Below, one piece after another: positions 60,036 to 64,000 of a stretch of 64,000 nucleotides of DNA. The translations under genes and the position numbers were made by a program. The stretch is taken from IMG/VR virus record IMGVR_UViG_3300028827_000100, positions 41,879 through 105,878 of that record. One strand, given 5' to 3'. Below the pieces are notes generated by a model. It was not told the origin of the DNA. It was given only the letters and a program-made list of their open reading frames with translations, and searched no databases. The first letter of the stretch is position 1; every line of letters starts with the position of its first letter. The DNA is from a virus.

Positions 60036-60528
60036 TGTGCTGGTTGCAGACAAAAGCCTCCCGTTTTTTCTGGAGGCGTTTGACAGGAAAGAAAAGATAA
60101 GATACAGTACATGGTCGAATCCGCTTACGGACATGATGTCAACACTTTCTCCGCTTATATATGGAGTTGCACCGGATGACGGAGGGGAATACGAACTTTT
60201 GCGGATGGCCTTCTTTGTAGTGGAAGAAGATGGACATTTTGTTACCGCCAGAAATGAAAGTTCTACAACTGTGCTGTATCACTTTCCACTGCTGGAATAC
60301 AGCAAGGACGTGGTAAAGTCTATAGAAGAGAACGCAAGAAAAATCTTTTTTGAGTACGCTGTCAAAACGGGAATTTCTGGAGAATACAGAGCTGAATTTG
60401 TGGGTTTCTTGGAAGAACCGCTTTCGGTTCTGTATGCTTTCATTCTGCAAGACAAACAGGTGGCTTGCAGAAGAACAAGGGATGCTGACACTGTAACAAA
60501 AACGGCGTATGAGATAATAAGGAGGTAA
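60028..60528 (+). CDS. Hypothetical protein
   Basis: GGGAGG RBS before ATG 60028. Confidence 0.55.
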   Translation: MHNVLVADKSLPFFLEAFDRKEKIRYSTWSNPLTDMMSTLSPLIYGVAPDDGGEYELLRMAFFVVEEDGHFVTARNESSTTVLYHFPLLEYSKDVVKSIEENARKIFFEYAVKTGISGEYRAEFVGFLEEPLSVLYAFILQDKQVACRRTRDADTVTKTAYEIIRR

Positions 60529-60535
60529 AAAAGAA

Positions 60536-60787
60536 ATGTTCAGACTCATTTATGCGACCCTGATAAACAACAAAGTTTCGGATGAAGATCTCGAAAAGTC
60601 TTTGCAGGAAATAGGAAAGATAAAAAACTCTTTGAGAGAAGTTAAGTTTTCGGTTCTCGGCATGTTTATGGTACACGATGCAGTTGCCTCTCTTGAGAAG
60701 GCGTTGCGGAGGGAAATAAACAGGAGGCAGAGGGAAAATGGGAAAGAACAAGCGGAATCTGCAAACACGGCAAAAGAAAAGGACTGA
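60536..60787 (+). CDS. Hypothetical protein
   Basis: AAGGAGG RBS. Confidence 0.55.
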   Translation: MFRLIYATLINNKVSDEDLEKSLQEIGKIKNSLREVKFSVLGMFMVHDAVASLEKALRREINRRQRENGKEQAESANTAKEKD

Positions 60788-61100
60788 AAGGAAGAAGCTC
60801 ACCCCCGCAACACAATTGCCGGGGGTGAGCAAAATATACCTTCGTAACATAGCTGAATCAATAGGGGCGAGTGTACAAAGGGTTAAAACCGCAATCATAT
60901 ATACGGCACAATTGATGGCATATTTGTCCTCTCCTCTTGAGAGAAAAAGAATAAGTATAAAGGGGGTCGGTGACATGGAATACAGAAAAAACAGGGCCGG
61001 CAAAATAGTCCTGTCCATAACATTCACGGAAGAAATTTCTGAATATATACAGGGCAAGAAAATAAATCCTGAAAAATTACAGGAGTGGTTTGAACAGTGA
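60738..61100 (+). CDS. Divergent HU/IHF-like DNA-binding protein
   Basis: Two helices then ISIKGVGDMEY..ITFTEEISEYI, with a shortened beta arm. Confidence 0.45.
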   Translation: MGKNKRNLQTRQKKRTERKKLTPATQLPGVSKIYLRNIAESIGASVQRVKTAIIYTAQLMAYLSSPLERKRISIKGVGDMEYRKNRAGKIVLSITFTEEISEYIQGKKINPEKLQEWFEQ

Positions 61101-61693
61101 ATAACAACAGCGTTGCAATAGAATCCGCAAATTGCGGAATCAGAAAATATCTTGAAACAAAAAACAAAGAGTATCTTGAAGAGGTATATCTTTCTCTGAA
61201 AAAGAGTGCGATAGCACAGGCCATGTACTACTATGGAAACATAATACGGGAAAGAGAAGAAGCGGAAAGCATAGGTCACAACTTGGCGACAGACATAGTT
61301 GAAAAAATCATCACTGACGGAATGCCGGAAACGGTAAATTCACTTTTTATAAGAAAGACTATCAGGGCATATCTTCCATCGGGAGCAAGACATTCCGGCA
61401 TGGACAGGAGAACAGTCTACATGGAAGAAATGCCGGATGTAATAGATGGAATGGTTCAGGAAGATAAAACTATCAAGACAATCGAGACAGCAATGTCTTT
61501 TCAGAAAGCTCTTGAACAGATAAGAAAATGCGTTGCAGAAATGACACCCGTGGAATGCAAAAAGACAACTGCAATAATTTCAAATCTTATTATTACATCG
61601 GCTGTTACAGGTTATTCATTTGAGCCTTTCAGGAAAATACAGTCAATTCGCCTCGTTGACGCAATAGCATCTGTGGTGGGGGTGGAAGAATGA
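61097..61693 (+). CDS. Possible sigma-factor-like transcription protein
   Basis: KEYLEEVY..EEAESI resembles sigma region 2; weak. Confidence 0.35.
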   Translation: MNNNSVAIESANCGIRKYLETKNKEYLEEVYLSLKKSAIAQAMYYYGNIIREREEAESIGHNLATDIVEKIITDGMPETVNSLFIRKTIRAYLPSGARHSGMDRRTVYMEEMPDVIDGMVQEDKTIKTIETAMSFQKALEQIRKCVAEMTPVECKKTTAIISNLIITSAVTGYSFEPFRKIQSIRLVDAIASVVGVEE

Positions 61694-62157
61694 AAGACAA
61701 CTATCTCGCTCTGAAACTTTTGTCTATTGACACTGCAAAGACGCCAATGGAACTCATACACGTATTGCCTGAAAGATATACATCATTGATGTTCAGGCTG
61801 TATGGTGGAAAAAGTATAAAAATTCCTACTGAACAGGAGTGGAAAAGATACAACTGGTTTGTGGAACTGTATGGAAAGTGGAAGGGGAACGGAAAGGTGG
61901 AAGAAATTATGGAAGCAAACAAGTATGACATCAGGTGGATACATACACGGGCCAAAAAAGCACTGTCTTACTTCGGGAGAATTGAAACAGGGGCTTCCAT
62001 AGAGGCAGAGTGGGCAGTTGACAAAAATTTCAAAAAGTTTCTCCTTGAGCTGATTGCGTACATTGAAAAAAAGAAAAAGAATTTCAGAAGCATAAACACA
62101 ATAGGGAGGCGTGGATGGAAAACAAAAAAGAACAGTAGGGTGGTGAGAAAGAAATGA
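61690..62157 (+). CDS. Mor/C-like transcription regulator
   Basis: LMFRLYGGKSIKIP followed by an HTH-like segment. Confidence 0.45.
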   Translation: MKDNYLALKLLSIDTAKTPMELIHVLPERYTSLMFRLYGGKSIKIPTEQEWKRYNWFVELYGKWKGNGKVEEIMEANKYDIRWIHTRAKKALSYFGRIETGASIEAEWAVDKNFKKFLLELIAYIEKKKKNFRSINTIGRRGWKTKKNSRVVRKK

Positions 62158-62321
62158 AAGGTGTTATCGTAACAAACGGAGACGATTCAATGCTTTACTT
62201 CGTTATTCTCGACAACGGGGGGAAGGTAATAGATGTATACCTTCTCGAAGCCGTCGAGGTAACAGCGGGTAGCATCGAATCATTCATAAAAATGAACAGG
62301 GAAGGGGTATCAGCAACATGA
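62154..62321 (+). CDS. Small hypothetical protein (55 aa, absent from ORF track)
   Basis: ATGA overlaps at both ends; MKGVIVTNGDDSMLYFVILD... Confidence 0.6.
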   Translation: MKGVIVTNGDDSMLYFVILDNGGKVIDVYLLEAVEVTAGSIESFIKMNREGVSAT

Positions 62322-62881
62322 AAAAGAAAATAGTGTACCCTGTTATGGTTCTGTGCCTGTTCACTCTGTCCGCACAGGCCCCTACCTACTACAAACTTTC
62401 TGAAGACGGCAGGGAAAATTCAATCAGAAAGAAAGTTGTAGTGGACTGGATGCAGGAGAGGTCTGCTGAAACAAGAGAAGTTCTTGAGAAAATATACGAT
62501 TCCATTCACAGGAATACGAATATGCCCGAACTGTATCTTGCTCTTGCCGCTGTTGAATCTTCATACAGACCACAGGCCATAAGCAACAGAAATGCTCATG
62601 GCCTTCTTCAGGTAGTGCCAAGGTGGTGGTTGCACGAATTGAAAAAAGAAAATATAGTGAGAAACAGAAAAGAGCTGTTAACAATAGACGGTGGTATAAG
62701 AGCTGGAGTATACGTTCTTGAAAAATACATGCACGAATGCAGGAAAGAACGGGAAGATGAAGAAGTGCTTGATTGCGCTCTTGAAAAATATATCGGACAG
62801 GACAGGGGACGGACGTACAGATACAATGTATATTCACATCTTGCATCGCTATACATTACCCTTGCCGGGGTTGACAAATAA
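62318..62881 (+). CDS. SLT-family lytic transglycosylase with N-terminal signal peptide
   Basis: AVESSY (catalytic Glu), GLLQV, ALEKY; MKKK-hydrophobic-AQA leader. Confidence 0.85.
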   Translation: MKKKIVYPVMVLCLFTLSAQAPTYYKLSEDGRENSIRKKVVVDWMQERSAETREVLEKIYDSIHRNTNMPELYLALAAVESSYRPQAISNRNAHGLLQVVPRWWLHELKKENIVRNRKELLTIDGGIRAGVYVLEKYMHECRKEREDEEVLDCALEKYIGQDRGRTYRYNVYSHLASLYITLAGVDK

Positions 62882-63073
62882 AAAAAGAGGAGGTAAGGAA
62901 AATGATCGTTGAAGTGCGGAGAACAAGGCCGGAAGATGCACCGGGATGGCACCTGGCCCTTCGATGAAGCTCTGGACTGGATAAATTGCGCTCTGTCCCA
63001 CGCAAGCCCCACAAGCAAGTACCGGCTTTGCTGGTCAGGGGACAGCAGAGGGGCAGGCAGGAAGGAGAAATAA

Positions 63074-63502
63074 ATGAAAGGGGATGTAATCAAAATAGAA
63101 AGGACAAGAAAGGGGTATCCAGCTATCGGTGTGGGTGGCGGAGCCTACACCAACACTTTTGAGTGTCGGTTTGTCATTGATGGCAAGACTGGCACTCTCA
63201 AGAAGGCCCTCTTTGTAAAGACAAGAGGCCCACGGGCCTGTCGCCTCGATCAGGCCATCGTCCCCCTTGAAATAGGGGATGTGATTTGTGAGATGTCTGG
63301 CAGGTTGCCAGTCGTGGCAGAAAATCCAGACATCTCCTTACGTGTGCAGAAAGTCCTCTCCTTAATGAAAGGGGAGGCAGAAGCAAGGGTTGTTGATATA
63401 AGTAACAACTTTCCTTTTGAGTTCCCTCTCTCTGTGATAGAGGGAGCATCCCTGTATCACAACAGGGACGGTTCTTATTTCTGTACTACAGAAAGGGGGT
63501 AA
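63074..63502 (+). CDS. Hypothetical protein
   Basis: AAGGAG RBS; ERTRKGYPAI..GGAYTN. Confidence 0.55.
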   Translation: MKGDVIKIERTRKGYPAIGVGGGAYTNTFECRFVIDGKTGTLKKALFVKTRGPRACRLDQAIVPLEIGDVICEMSGRLPVVAENPDISLRVQKVLSLMKGEAEARVVDISNNFPFEFPLSVIEGASLYHNRDGSYFCTTERG

Positions 63503-63506
63503 TGAT

Positions 63507-63653
63507 ATGAAAGGCATGTATGGCATGAAGCTGTGGAAAGTGCGATTTTGTGATGGACGCCTTGACACCGTAACGGCAAGGAATATCGATGAGGCCTGCC
63601 GCATCTGCAACAGACCCATCGATCGCATTTGGATGATTGCTTGTGTGCTTTAG
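63507..63653 (+). CDS. Small hypothetical protein (48 aa, absent from ORF track)
   Basis: Fills the gap; MKGMYGMKLWKVRFCDGRLDTVTARNIDEAC... Confidence 0.45.
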   Translation: MKGMYGMKLWKVRFCDGRLDTVTARNIDEACRICNRPIDRIWMIACVL

Positions 63654-63668
63654 AAAGGAGGAACAGGA

Positions 63669-63908
63669 ATGATAGAAGCAAACGAAATGAAGAAAACAAT
63701 TATTGACAAATTTGGCTGGGAATGGGAAGAAGCAATAGAAGAAGAAATGTTGGACGCAGTAAGGGGAAAATACAGATTCACAGAGAGTGAAGGGGCAGAA
63801 TACAGCATCATAGATGAAGATGTAAACAACTTCTATCTTGATTATGATGACATTAAAAAGATAATAGAAGCATGGGAAGTACGATACAGAATGGAAGCGG
63901 GCTACTAA
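63669..63908 (+). CDS. Acidic hypothetical protein
   Basis: AAGGAGG RBS. Confidence 0.5.
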   Translation: MIEANEMKKTIIDKFGWEWEEAIEEEMLDAVRGKYRFTESEGAEYSIIDEDVNNFYLDYDDIKKIIEAWEVRYRMEAGY

Positions 63909-63982
63909 CAGAATAGAAAGAATGAAAAAACGTGTCTAAAAATAGGCAGGTAGAAAGTAAGAAAAAAAACAGCCCCAGACGT

Positions 63983-64000
63983 CCCCAGATTAATCTGGGG
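63983..64000. repeat. Perfect 18-bp palindrome at the window edge
   Basis: CCCCAGATT/AATCTGGGG, preceded by another CCCCAGA half-site. Confidence 0.75.

Noticed and set aside
226-63699. Many minus-strand ORFs, some over 200 aa (e.g. 9574-10290, 18393-19217, 42308-43132, 60440-61279)
   Set aside because: They lie opposite well-supported plus-strand genes, have Phe/Ser/Leu-rich antisense composition and no recognisable motifs
1-64000. Alternative genetic code, prophage or mobile element
   Set aside because: Standard code gives dense intact genes using all three stops; no integrase, transposase, tRNA or host genes recognised

Overview
64 kb segment of a large, apparently lytic contractile-tailed bacteriophage (myovirus). 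Every credible gene is on the + strand; the minus-strand ORFs are shadows. 1-38.6 kb is the virion module: terminase, portal, prohead protease, internal/scaffold proteins, decoration protein, major capsid, neck, sheath, tube, frameshifted tail chaperones, tape measure, baseplate and fibres. From recalled motifs (not a database search), the head and neck proteins resemble the Bxz1/phiYS40-type myoviruses. 38.7-62.9 kb is a replication/recombination module: flap exonuclease, DnaB-like helicase, SNF2-like helicase, orphan DNA methyltransferase, primase, beta clamp, DnaE fused to a family-4 uracil-DNA glycosylase, clamp loader, UvsY-like, gp32-like SSB, RecA, SbcD/SbcC, HU-like, sigma-like, Mor-like and a secreted lytic transglycosylase. 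Strong AGGAGG ribosome-binding sites and frequent AGA/AGG/ATA codons suggest a bacterial, possibly thermophilic, host (inference). Most notable: (1) a set of histone-H1-like, acidic and HU-like proteins, one in its own promoter-terminator cassette; (2) a duplicated 33-nt promoter/leader element downstream of AT-rich tracts; (3) a shared KIA..R[LV]A motif in head-associated proteins, a candidate targeting/cleavage signal; (4) the DnaE-UDG fusion; (5) codon-level avoidance of GGWCC and CCWGG. No tRNA, rRNA, CRISPR array, integrase, intron or intein was recognised.
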